A stretch of 64,000 bases of DNA from Selaginella moellendorffii (Eukaryota; Plantae; Lycopodiophyta), in contig NW_003314271.1 in the NCBI RefSeq assembly GCF_000143415.4, forward strand, positions 1,408,092-1,472,091. Reading direction: 5' to 3'. The notes below the pieces were generated by a model. The model saw only the letters and a list, made by a program, of their open reading frames with translations. It was not told where the DNA came from and did no database searches. Below are positions 23,961-36,014 of this stretch, in pieces. The stretch's first letter is position 1. Each line of letters begins with the position of its first letter. The translations under genes and the position numbers were made by a program.

Positions 23961-24552
23961 TGTAATCTCCTGAGTTTGGACTTCCCGGGAGGTCACCCAG
24001 CCCAGTACTATTCAAACCCAAGGACGCTTAACCCCAAATATCCCAAGACCCTTAACCGATTGGAAAAGGGGGTGCACTCTTGTTCATGGGCCCTTTCCCT
24101 CTATATTTGAACCCCATGGATCGTCTCTCAAGTCGTTCTCTTTGGTTGCTTACAATCCACCACGCTCCCTACAAGTTCACGCCCTCGTGAACGAAAGCTG
24201 AGAGCCGCAACTCTCCCAAGAGCCCCGCTCTCTTGTCACCCTACCCCTCAGGTCGAGCCCAGCGGGAGCAAACTGGACCAGCCAGATGTCAATCAACATG
24301 TGGTGTGATTCCCCTAGCCAACCAACAGAGTTGGACCCGAGACCGCTCCGATACCAAATGTAATCTCTTGAGTTTGGACTTCCCGGGAGGTCACCTAGCC
24401 CAGTACTATTCAAACCCAAGGACGCTTAACCCCAAATATCCCAAGACCCTTAACCGATTGGAAAAGGGGGTGCACTCTTGTTCATGGGCTCTTTCCCTCT
24501 ATATTTTAACCCCATGGATCGTCTCTCCAGTCGTTCTCTTTGGTTGCTTACA
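23961..24552 (-). mobile_element. Complete Cassandra-type TRIM with 5S rRNA-like segment in both LTRs
   Basis: 194-bp LTRs (23961-24154, 24359-24552), TG..CA, TSD ccatg, PBS tggtatcggagc (tRNA-iMet type) at ~24345-24356, PPT-like tract at ~24155-24169; LTR reverse complement contains gttaagcgtccttggg..tagtactgggctgggtgacctcccgggaagtcc. Confidence 0.92.
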
Positions 24553-24852
24553 CCATGATTCTCCTATTCTAGGTGGGCATATAGAATATCGCTGTATGAC
24601 TGAGAAGCTGTGCAAGTCTTTCTATTGGCAAAAGATATGATATGATGTTATCCAGTATATGTGTAGTTACATTTGATGCCAAGCTTATAATACTCCCTCT
24701 TGTGCTGTGGAGGAATGGTTAGAGTCAATTGTAATTTCCCATCGATTTTAGTTGGTGACATTTAATTTAATAGGGCCTTTTCCATGGTCAACTATTAGTA
24801 ATGAGTATATCATTATTGCTTCTAACTACTTGACTCATTAGATAAAAGTTAG

Positions 24853-27800
24853 ATTAAGTGCTTGTTGAAGAGCTCTCTTTCTTGAGCACGACTGGGTGCT
24901 TTTTGAGCATAGTAGTCAGATCTGAGTGGATTGTTTCCTCTTGAGCACAACAGTCAGATCTAGGTGGGTTGCTGCTTCTTGAGCAAGCTAGGTGTCCATG
25001 GTCAGCAAATTTTTTAAGCAAGTATTTTTCAACTGATTGTTAAAATATTTTTAGGATGTTCACTACACATAGAATATTTCTAGAATATTCCATATTTGTA
25101 TAGGGTAATACACTTACCCACCCTAAAGTGCACTACATGCTGGGGCGATAGTGCATGAGCACTCATGCTCCCAGCCCACACTAAAGTGCACTATAGTTAT
25201 GTTCTAATTGCATATATATAGTGTGTGAGTGCTTATTTAGTAGACAATACTAAAATTGTAGAATCAATTATTATTTCTTTAGATAGTAACAAAATGTTTC
25301 ATAATGAATTGCTTGGAGAACATAAAGCGTATGTTTCAATCACAAAGGTATTTGTTAATAATACTATAAAGAATATAGAAATTAGACATCTTATTTAGTG
25401 GCCAATGCATGGACGTCAGACTCAATATCAAAAAATAAGTACCTTCTTTTTTAATATTTATAATAAATATATTTTGACATTTCAGCTTCTTATACTCAAG
25501 AAAAAATGTGCTTCCAATGTGGGTCTAGAAAAACATGGATTGGTGTTCCTGTTCAACTTTCCCACAATAGATGACATATTTCTTTGGGGATAATTATATC
25601 AGCAAATCCAAGTGATGCAGTTAGTGGCTGTGAACTCAGTCACTTTGACTTGGGAGTTGTTATTACTTAGATATTACAATCTGAGATATTAAGTTGTGGA
25701 TAATTATTTCATTGACCACTTTCAAATATTACATTCTTGGGAGAAGAAAAGGAACCATCATTTGGAGAATCATCAAATATAAAAAGAAAATATAGATTTA
25801 TTAATATATCTCAAAAGAAATTTAAAGTTGAGAGTCTAGCTCCTAAACATAAGCAGCAACTACTAGCTGAGGCAAATATAAGAAAAGTCTCTACTCTTGA
25901 TTGGTGCTCTTGAAAGTACATAATAGACATATATAATATTATAATATTACAGTTTATAACTAATGACTTAATTGTTTATTATCAGATGTTGTCAAGTTGC
26001 AAAAAGAGATGAAAATTTTAATGCAAGGAGTTCCATATGGAATTCATGTTGGAAAGACTGTCGAAAATTTATTTTCAAAGCTGTTTCCTATGCTATAATA
26101 TGTTCATAAAACTTTGATAGAGATTTTTGTATAGTTTTTATTGGATGTATTATATGTGCCTAAGTATGGTATATTATATATGATTTTAGTAAATCAATTT
26201 TTTATCGAGTTAAAAAGGAGTGGAATAGTTTTGCAACTTGAGCTTTTTATGGCAACTAAAGTCAAAATAAATCCTGATATAACACTAGAGCATTACAAGA
26301 ATTATTTCAAACATTTGTAATAGTGATAAAATACCCCATAAATCAAGGATAACACTTGAAGGGATTTGAGATACTCAAAGAGTTCTTCCGGCCATGCTCA
26401 CCCAAACTTTAATATTTAAGTAATTAAATGAAGAAATTCTTACACAAGGGCTAAAAATTGCAAGTCTTTCAACTTTCGACAAAATTTATAAATCACATCT
26501 AAATGAATTGTATTTTATTAACATAAAAACCTTACAAATACTTACCTATTATACATGATAAGATGGATCATAAGAAAACATCTTTACCAAGGCTTGAGTC
26601 TATACCGAAAGATTGTAGTCAAGCATATCCCCTTTATTTATCAGATTATTAGCACATAGTCACAGATTTGGTGCATATGGGCATTTTTTTGTTCCACAAT
26701 GGCTTTATGATCCAAACCTAACAATTGGTTTATTATTAAAAATTTTACTACATTTAGAACAATTAAAGCATGGAGAAAAAGGAATAATTATAAAAGGGCA
26801 AAAGTTGCATAATTCTTTATTAGTCATCAACTTCAAGAAGAGCCAAAACTTCTAAATAGTCCAAATACTTTGACTTTAGCTTCAAATTTAAAAGTGCATG
26901 AGACCTTGTGCACTCTTTCAATAGTCACAACTACTAATGCACTAAGTTTACCACCAAATCCTTTATTGCAACTTGATAATTGTAGATTGGAAAACAAAAA
27001 TCAATAGTTATTAACATATTTATCCCTGCTTGTGTCATATTGTCAAGGAATTTTCAAGACAATAGTGGAGGGTGCAATCCTAAACATATGAGTTATGGTT
27101 TATGGTTTAAACTTCAATGGTTTATAAGGGTTTATAAAACCTACTATACACCATTTTATATATATACATAAGTTATTTCAAATGATATTTAAATATAAAC
27201 AAGCAAACCAGATTATTTTTAATTCTAAACTCACAAGTTACTTGTTGTGTGAACTCAAAGTGGTTTAGGTTTCTTTCTGTGCTCAAAGATGTATTTCCAT
27301 AGAGAGCCTAGCTCAGGATCAGTGGACTGTAGAAATATCACCATGTCTTCCAAATTTGTGTGGGCAAGTGTTTTTGTGAAGAGGTGCTTTATTTTTATGG
27401 ATGCGAAATCCAGGAAATATCTGGCAAGGTTGACAAGAAGCCCATACTATAATACATTCATAAAACTTTGATAGAGATTTTGGTATGGATTTTATTGGAT
27501 GTATTACATGTGCCCAAGTATGGTATATTATACATGATTTTAGTAAATCCACTTTTTATCGAGTTAAAAAGGAGTGGAATGGTTTTGCAACTCAAACTTT
27601 TTATGGCAACTCAAGTCAAAATAAATCTGGATATAACACTATAGTATTACAAGAATTATTTCGAATATTTGTGGATGTTAATAGTGACAAAATGCCCCAT
27701 AAATCAAGGACAATTGAAGGGATTTGAGATATTCAAAGAGTTCTTTCAGCCATGCTCACCCAAACTTCAATACTTAAGCAATTAAATTAAGAATTTCTTA

Positions 27801-29408
27801 CAGAAGGGCTAAAAACTAAAAGTCTTTCAACTTTTAACAAAATTTATAAATCACATCATTTTCAACACAATAGTGGAGGGTGCAATTAAAGCATGGAGAA
27901 AAAATAATAATTATAAAAGGGCAAAAGTTGCATAAGTCTTTATTAGGCATCAACTTCAAGAAGAGTCAAAATTTCTAAATAGTCCAAATACTTTGACTTT
28001 AGCTTCAAATTTAAAAGTGCATGAGACCTTGTGCACTCTTTCAATAATCACAACTACTAATGCACTAAATTTACCACCAAATCCTTTATTACAACTTGAT
28101 AATTGTAGATTGAAAAAAAAATTCAATAGTTATTTACATATTTATCCCTGCTTATGTCATATTGTCAAGGAATTTTCAAGACAATAGTGGAGGGTGCAAT
28201 CCTGAACACATGAGTTATGGTTTATGGTTTAAACTTCATGGTTTATGAGAGTTTATAAAACCTACTACAAAGTGGTTTAGGCTTATTTCTATGCTCAAAG
28301 ATGTATTTCCATAGAGAGCCTAGCTCAGGATCAATGGACTGTAGAAATATCACCATGTCTTCCAGCTTTGTGTGGGCAAGTGTTTCCGTGAAGAGGTGCT
28401 TTATTTTTAAGGAGCACCATCAACAAGAGGCCCATGCTATAATATGCTCATAAAACTTTGATAGAGATTTTGGTATGGATTTTATTGGACATATTATATG
28501 TGCCCAAGTATGGTATATTATATGTGATTTTAGTAAATCCACTTTTTATCAAGTTAAAAAGGAGTGGAATGGTTTTGCAACTTGAACATTTTATGGCAAC
28601 TCAGGTCAAAATAAATCCAGATATAACACTAGAGCATTACAAGAATTATTTCAAATATTTGTGAATGTTAATAGTGATAAAATACCCCATAAATCAAAGA
28701 CAACACTTGAAGGGATTTGAGATACTCAAAGAGTTCTTCCAGCCATGCTCACCCAAAATTTAATACTTAAGCAATTAAATGAAGAACTTCTTACACAAGT
28801 ACTTATCTATTATACATGATAAGATGGATCATAAAAAAACATCTTTACCAAGGCTTGAGTCTATACTGAAAGATTGTAATCAAGCATATCCTCTTTCTTT
28901 ATCAGATTATTACCACTTAATCACAGATTTGGTGCATATGGGTATTTTTTTGTTCTACAATGGCTTGATGATCCAAACTTAACAATTGGTTCATTATAAA
29001 ATTTTTTACTACATTAAAGCATAGAGAAAAAGGAATAATTATAAAAGGGTAAAAGTTGCATAATGCTTTATTAGTCATCAACTTCAAGAAGAGCCAAAAT
29101 TTCTAAATAGTCTAAATACTTTGACTTTAGCTTCAAATTTAAGACCTCGTGCACTCTTTCAACAGTCACAACTACTAATGCACTAAGTTTACCACCAAAT
29201 CCTTTATTACAACCTGATAATTGTAGATTGAAAAACAAAAATCAATAATTATTTACATATTTGTCCCTACTTGTGTCATATTGTCAAGGAATTTTCAAAA
29301 AAATAATGGGGTGCAATCCTAAACACATGGGTTATGATTTATAATTTAAACTTCAATGGTTTATAAGGGTTTATAAAACCTACTATACACCATTTATATA
29401 TGTAACAT
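24853..29408 (+). repeat. Second copy of 8500-11270, followed by tandem ~1-1.35 kb units each containing Sola-like transposase debris and ending in the 3' tip of the CRN-like gene
   Basis: Units restart at cat(g/a)ctataa..cataaaactttgatagag (~26090, 27441, 28431); CRN tips at ~27254-27440 and ~28268-28430; third unit continues after the LTR element into 32366-33501. Confidence 0.85.
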
Positions 29409-32365
29409 TGTGAGGGCCAAGTGTACAGCTATGATGCTGTATACTAATATTAGCGTTTGGTAGCCATCAGATTGGTTTCAATCCGGACTTCACTCCTGCA
29501 TATAAGCTAGGGTTTTTGGGCTATTTGATGCACATTTTTCGTATTTCCTTTCCATATTCCAAGCACTCACATTGGTGGAGGTAAGGGGCATCTTTGATTG
29601 TCCCTAAGGAGTGCTTGAATTTTGGGATTTTAATTTAAATCTAGCTTTTGCATCCTTTAGATCTAGCTTTTTCCATTTCCTTTCTTTTGTTCTTCCCTTT
29701 CAGGATTTTGGTTTAGATCTAGCTTTTTGCATTGTTTAGATCTTCCATTACCTTCTTGTTTTTTGTCGTTTCTCTTCTTTTGCTCTTTCTTCATCCATCT
29801 TCATGGCAGATTAGCAATCTCCTCCTTTGACTCTGGAGCAGCAATTGGTACAATTGCTTGATGCTATGCGCTTACAATTGAACAACCAAACTCAGTTGAT
29901 GGCAGCATTCACAGCATGTAGTACAATTCCTCCTACTCTTGGTGCTAATCCTCATGTTCGGCCGGAGTTCTTTCATGGGAATCCTAGGGATGATGTGTAC
30001 CATTGGTTCGATCACTTCACGGTGATTGCCACATATCATTCTTGGGATGATGCTCGATGTTTGCGTGAGTTTCCCACGTGTTTTCAAGGGATGGTGTTGC
30101 AATGGTACAATAATCTAAGCACAGCCACTCATGGGGATTAGAGTGTTCTCCCGGACATCTTCAAACGCACCTTCGGACATGCCGACGATTGTGATGATGC
30201 CTTTCAACAATTGCATCATCTTCGCCAAGGGCCATTTGAGTCGGTGATGCAATTTAGCGTTTGTTTCCGAAGTCTTTTGTTTCATGTGGAGCCCAATATG
30301 TCGGAGCGGATCAAGCTAGAAATGTTGTGGCCAGCACTAGAAATGTTATGGCCAGCACGAGTGTGCCTAGTCAGCATCATCCCATTGCATATATAAGCCG
30401 TACGTTACAACCAGCATAAGTGAACTACTCCACCACAGAGAAGGAGTGTTTAGCGGCAGTTTGGGGTTTCGAGAAACTTCATGCATATTTACATGGTTCT
30501 CAAACGTTACTTGAAGGTGACCATGCTACCGTTACTTCATTATTGAAGCGAAAGAACCTGGTTGGTCATACTGCTCGGTGGGCTTTGAAGCTTCAAATAT
30601 ATGATTTTGATGTTGTTCATCGCCCAAGGAGATCTATGGCTGATGTTGATGCCCTTTCTCAAGCTCTTCTTCCTTCTCCACTCTCTTCTCATGTTTCTGA
30701 TGAGCCTATTGTTCTAGCATCTATGAATTTTCTAGACAAGGATTTTGTGCCGTCGACGATTGCTGTATTTGACGTTCAATGTCCACAAGGCACAAAGCAA
30801 GATCTACCTTCTCTTGATAAGGTTCGCGAGGCTCAAAAGATTGAGCCCTGGATTCGAAGGGTTTGAGATGTGTTTGAGAATCCTGCATCATTTGCTAATG
30901 ACTTGCTTTTCCAGCATTTACATTCTCCCTTGAAGATGGCCTTTTTTATTTTGTAGGGACGGATCCTGATGATCATTTACGACTGGTGGTGCCTTCTGTC
31001 TTTATTCCATGGTTTCTCCATGCCTACCATGATTCTCCTGTTCTAGGTGGGCATATGGGACATTGTCGTGTGACCGAGAAGCTGCGCAGGTCTTTTTATT
31101 GGCTAGAGATGAGACGTGATGTTATCCAGTATGTGCATAGCTATGTTTGGTGCCAAGCTCGTAATACTCCCCTTTGTGCTACGAAAGGACGGTTGGAGTC
31201 AATTGCAGTTTCCCATCCGTTTGAGTTGGTGGTGTTTGATCTTATGGGACCTTTTCCACGGTTGATTGTTAGCAATAAGTATGTTATTATTGCTTTTGAC
31301 TACTTGATTCGTTGGGTGGAAGTTGGTGCTCTTGCTAGTGCCTCTGCAACTACTGTTGGATACTTCCTCCTCAATTGAGTAGTGTTCTAGCATTTTTATC
31401 CAGAGCGGATTCTTTCGGATAATGGTCCTGCATTTATAGCTGAGGCATTTCATGTTTTGACATCTCAGTTGGGGATACGCCACACTTTCACGAGTGCTTA
31501 TCATCCACAATCAGACGGTCTGATGGAATGGCTTGTTCAGAGATTCAAAGGGATGATTGTGAAGTATGTGAACTTTTAGCATTCGGATTGGGATGGTTAT
31601 TTGCCGTCTCTTCAATATGCCTATGTCATAGGGGTGTAGAGTTCTATTGGTGCTTCACCATATAAACTTTTATATGGTCATGATCCAATATTACCAACGG
31701 AGCTGAGTTTACCTTCACGATTGCCACGAGCTCCCGATGCTAAGTCGTGGGATCAATATTTGACAAGCATTCTTCCATTTGTCCGAGCAGAGTCTGCCGA
31801 ACACTTAGGTTGTGTACAAGTGGGACAACAACGGCGCTACAACTCCCATCATCGTCCACCTATGGAGTACAAAGTGGATGATTTGGTGTTAGTCCGTTTT
31901 CCCATCTTACGGTATGTGGTTTATCTAAGGGGCTCCTTGTGCAATGGAAAGGACTGTATCGGGTGTTGTGGCAAGTTGAACCGCAAGTTTATGAGGTTCG
32001 GCATGACATCTAGCAAGCCGATCCTCCGGAGATTGTGCATGTGCAGCGGTTAAAACGCTTCATACAAAGGGATCAAGAGCAGTTAATACCATCTATAGAT
32101 CCACCAATGCCTCCTCCTGACATTCCTCCAGATCTCGGCCCGTCTACAAGAGAACCTGACGGGATTCTATTATTCTGAGAGAAGGGGATGATGTGAGGGC
32201 CAAGTGTATGGCTACGATGCCATATACTAATACTAGCGTAATGAGATTTTGGTAGCTGTTAGATTAATTTCAATCAGGACCACTCGCTCTTGTATATAAG
32301 CTAGGGTTTTTAGGCTAATTAATGCACATTTTCTATATTCCCTTTCCATATTCCAAGCACTCACA
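29409..32365 (+). mobile_element. Internally deleted Gypsy LTR retrotransposon (gag, RNase H C-term, integrase; no PR/RT)
   Basis: LTRs 29409-29571 and 32192-32365 (TG..CA), PBS tggtggagg, PPT gagagaaggggatga, TSD acat; NYSTTEKECLA, HDSPVLGGHMG, SDNG, TSAYHPQSDG motifs with stops. Confidence 0.92.
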
Positions 32366-32507
32366 ACATAAATAATATTTAAATAAACAAGCAAACCAGA
32401 TTATTTTTAATTCTAAACTCACAAGTTACCTTAATATTTAAATAAACAAGCAAACCAGATTATTTTTAATTCTAAACTCTCAAGTTACCTGTTGTGAGCA
32501 CATGAGC

Positions 32508-33501
32508 TCAAAGTGGTTCGAGCTTCTGTCTGTGCTCAATGATGTATTTCCGTAGAGCACCTAGCTCAGGATCATTGGACTGTAGGATTATCACCATGTC
32601 TTTCAGCTTTGTGCGGGCAAGTGTTTCCGTGAAGAGGTGCTTTATCTTCAAAGATGCGAAATCTAGCAAGTATCTGGCACCCTTGACAAGAGGCCGCTTG
32701 AAGTGAAGCAACAACCATGATATGTCATCAGACGTCGCCTCTGAAAGGATAGCCCGATAAACTTTAGGTAAGTCCGTATTGGAGAGACTGGTCTGAATCT
32801 TCCTTTCACAGGCTCGATCATTCAGATCGCCAACCTCTGCATCACGAAGTAGACGAGGAATCCCACCGTACCAGTCGTAGTACAAGTCAGCTGCTTTGAT
32901 GCGTGCATCCAACCGATCTGCCTCATCCAGAAGAGCCACCCGTGGAGACCACTCTTCCGAATACGTCTTCCACCGGCGGTCACTCGGCTCGCTCGTCTTC
33001 AGCAGTCTATCAGCTTCTTCCCGCATTTCCTTGCTCTCAAGCTCCCACAGGCCTAGCAACGCCTCAAACTCGTCCTTATCCCAAGGGTGAACGAAGAACT
33101 TGCTTTTGACCCCTATTGGCTTCGCGCTCTTGATGTTTCTACGACCCGGGGATGCTGCTACCAATATCCTTTTGCCCAGCGGATCTCCACTCTCAATTTT
33201 CTGGTCGATGAGGTGAACCACACATTGCTGCAATCGACTCAAGGGGTAATCCGTCTTCTCATGGATGGATACCTGGCCTAAGGACGTGAATTCCCAGATA
33301 AAGTCCGCGGACTGGTAGACGACGACGAAGCTGGTGTTCTCAATGGTCATCTCAATGCCGAACCGGATGAGGAAGTACCAGAGGAATGCCGACTTTCCGA
33401 CGCCAGGATTCCCGTTGAGGAGCCCTAACCAATCCATAGACACTGCAGCTTCTATGGCCGAGTAGAGATCATCGAAATCCTTGCGCACAAACAGCCTTGT
33501 A
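32508..33501 (-). CDS. Crinkler/RHS-type P-loop NTPase, nuclease-less paralogue (copy 2); 5' end lost in gap
   Basis: Open frame from gap to stop: GNPGVGKS, HLIDQ, VAASP, WYGGIPR, ends LRKYIIEHRQKLEPL*. Confidence 0.75.
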
Positions 33502-33601
33502 NNNNNNNNNNNNNNNNNNNNNNNNNNNNNNNNNNNNNNNNNNNNNNNNNNNNNNNNNNNNNNNNNNNNNNNNNNNNNNNNNNNNNNNNNNNNNNNNNNN
33601 N
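33502..33601. other. Assembly gap (100 N)
   Basis: Ns at the centre of the inverted gene pair. Confidence 1.
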
Positions 33602-33855
33602 TGGCGCCGGGCGATAAGGTTATGGTAACGCGTAGCGATAAAACGGTGGGCGTTTCCACCGGCGACCGCTTCTCGGTGAAAACCGTGGAGGGTGAAAAAC
33701 TGACGCTTGAGGACAAAAAAGAGCGCACGGGTGCAGCTGGATAAAAAACAGGCTTCTTATCTTTCCTATGCTGTACGCACGCTCCGTCCACAAATCCCGG
33801 GCGCTTACCAGTGATCGCGTGATAGGCAACATGGATCACCAGTCGCATGTCTCCT
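33602..33855 (+). other. traI: Error-rich fragment of a bacterial conjugative relaxase-helicase (TraI/TrwC type); probable contaminant read
   Basis: LAPGDKVMVTRSDK..GDRFSVKTVEGEKLTLEDKK then frameshifted LDKKQASYLSYA / VHKS..LT.DRV; next to gap; absent from copy 1. Confidence 0.75.
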
Positions 33856-33857
33856 CC

Positions 33858-36006
33858 GCCGGCAAGGTCATAGATGGGAGTGTGCCTGCGGAATATGGAA
33901 CCCTGAGAGGACCTCGAGGCATTGCAAGGCTGTACGTGCGCAAGGATTTCGATAATCTCTACTCGGCCATAGAAGCTGCAGTGTCTATGGATTGGTTAGG
34001 ACGCCTCCACGGGAATCCTGGCGTTGGAAAGTCGGCATTCCTCTGGTACTTCCTCATCCGGTTCGGAATTGAGATGACCATTGAGAACACCAGCTTTGTC
34101 GTCGTCTACCAGTCCGCGGAATTTATCTGGGAATTCACGTCCGAAGGCCAGGTATCCATCCATGAGAAGACGGAGTACCCCTTGAGTCGATTGCAGCGAT
34201 GTGTGGTTCACCTCATCGACCAGAAAATTGAGAGTGGAGACCCTCTGGGCAAAAGGATATTGGTAGCAGCATCCCCGGGTCGTAGAAACATCAAGAGCGC
34301 GAAGCCAATAGGGGTCAAAAGCAAGTTCTTCGTTCACCCCTGGGATAAGGACGAGTTTGAGGCGTTGCTAGGCCTGTGGGAGCTTGAGAGCAAGGAAATG
34401 CGGGAAGAAGCTGATAGACTGCTGAAGACGAGCGAGCCGAGTGACCGCCGGTGGAAGACGTATTCGGAAGAGTGGTCTCCACGGGTGGCTCTTCTGGATG
34501 AGGCAGATCGGTTGGATGCACGCATCAAAGCAGCTGACTTGTACTACGACTGGTACGGTGGGATTCCTCGTCTACTTCGTGACGCAGCGGTTGGCGATCT
34601 GGATGACCAAGCCTGTGAGAGGAATGTTCAGACCAGTCTCTGCAATACGGACTTGCCAAAAGTCTATCGGGCTATCCTTTCCGGGGCGACGTCTGACGAC
34701 ATATCGTGGTTGCTGCTTCACTTCAAGCGGCCTCTTGTCAAGGGTGCCAGATACTTGCTGGATTTTGCATCCTCCAAGATTAAGTATCTCTTCACAGAAA
34801 CGCTCGTCAGAACGAAACAGGAAGACTTTAGGACACTTGTACAGTCCACTGATCCCGAGCTTGGTGCTCTACGGGGATATGTCTTTGAGCAGGAAGTTGT
34901 CCGGCTAGTGCTAGACAGCAATTTCGCTGCCGTCACCTTGGTGAGTGGACTGGTTTTATGTTTCCCTCCCTTTCATCACAAGTGTTTTGCAGATTGATAA
35001 CAAGCACTGTAGTCGGTGCCAAGCGCGCGTCGTGGAAGAAGGAGCAAATCGTCGGTTGATTGTTTGTAGACAATGCCGAAAATGGTACCATCAGGAGTGT
35101 GCTCGTTGTCCACTACCTGTTCCTAAATTGTGGAACTGTCAATCTTGCGAAGGAGAGACAATCCATGAAGGCACAGGCACTGGCGGTCTGAGGCTAAGGT
35201 ATTACAACGGTGACTTGAAAACTGCGCTCCTGGCTGCAGGTAAGGTGTGAGATTTTCTGCTTACAATATTCGCATTCCTTCCCATTTGCTGCAGGTCGCA
35301 ATGCTAAAGACTTTGTGTGGAGGCCAATAAATAAAAGCAACGCTGCTTTCGATTTTGCAATCCCCCCTCGGGTTCTTGGCCAAGCCACAGTTGCCAGCGA
35401 GCACCCGGTGCCACGGGAGGCCGTGGAGGAAGGTGTGGCTGCTCTGGACGCATGGAACAACGAGTACAACAAGGACCTCATGGATCCCCGGCAGCGGTAC
35501 GTATTGTTTTCTACAGGCAACTCTTCAATCACTCATTGATTCATTTTAGGGAGTATATCTTGGCGTTCTACTTAGCTCGAGGCAACTTCGAACGTTTCGG
35601 GTACCAGAGCTACCGGGACAAGCATCGGCATGTTTGCAACAAAGCCGTAAAAGGTTGTAAATCGTTCGTTTTAAGCGTCACACTTACTTTTGAGTGTGTT
35701 ACAGGAATTATCCAAGTCAAGATTTTGATCGAAACCTACGAGTTGCTTCAGTTAGCACATCCAGTTGCGGGCTCCGTGGATAAATTGATCGACCTTGAGT
35801 ACCAGGAGCAGTATGACCTCCATAAAATGACGGTTCGGGAACTCAAGGATTTGGCGAAGTCTTGGGGTCTTAAAGGCTATTCCTCCCTCAAGAAGGATGC
35901 ATTGATCGAGGCATTAAATGCTTGGGAGGAGCCACAAGTGCTTGAAAGCCGAGAGTACGAGAGCAAGTCGTACCAAGAAATGTATGGAGATAGAGTTGTC
36001 GTTTGA
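33858..36006 (+). CDS. Crinkler/RHS-like protein: P-loop NTPase - PHD finger - REase-fold nuclease - Rho_N/HeH domain (5' end missing)
   Basis: Exons <33858-34940, 34993-35239, 35295-35496, 35550-35653, 35705-36006 join in frame via GT-AG introns; GNPGVGKS, GGIPR, RGYVFEQ, C4HC3 finger, WRPINKSNAAFDF..QATVASEH, MTVRELKDLAKSWGLKGYSSLKKDALIEAL. Confidence 0.82.
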
Positions 36007-36014
36007 TGAAACCT

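Larger units (their letters stand above)
21180..24850 (+). mobile_element. Decayed Gypsy pol remnant (RT-RNase H-integrase) with two nested insertions
   Basis: MPFGLNNA..TFHRMMD..FIDDIL near 21565-21670; RNase H and integrase parts colinear with 30360-31330. Confidence 0.85.

Noticed and set aside
23978-24035. 5S rRNA gene
   Set aside because: Only ~56 nt of the internal promoter region, embedded in LTRs.
32373-32490. ~58-bp tandem duplication after the Gypsy 3' LTR
   Set aside because: Real but looks like simple slippage; no functional signal.
33602-33855. Horizontal transfer of a plasmid gene fused to the CRN-like ORF
   Set aside because: Gap-adjacent, frameshifted and missing from the duplicate locus; contamination is more parsimonious.
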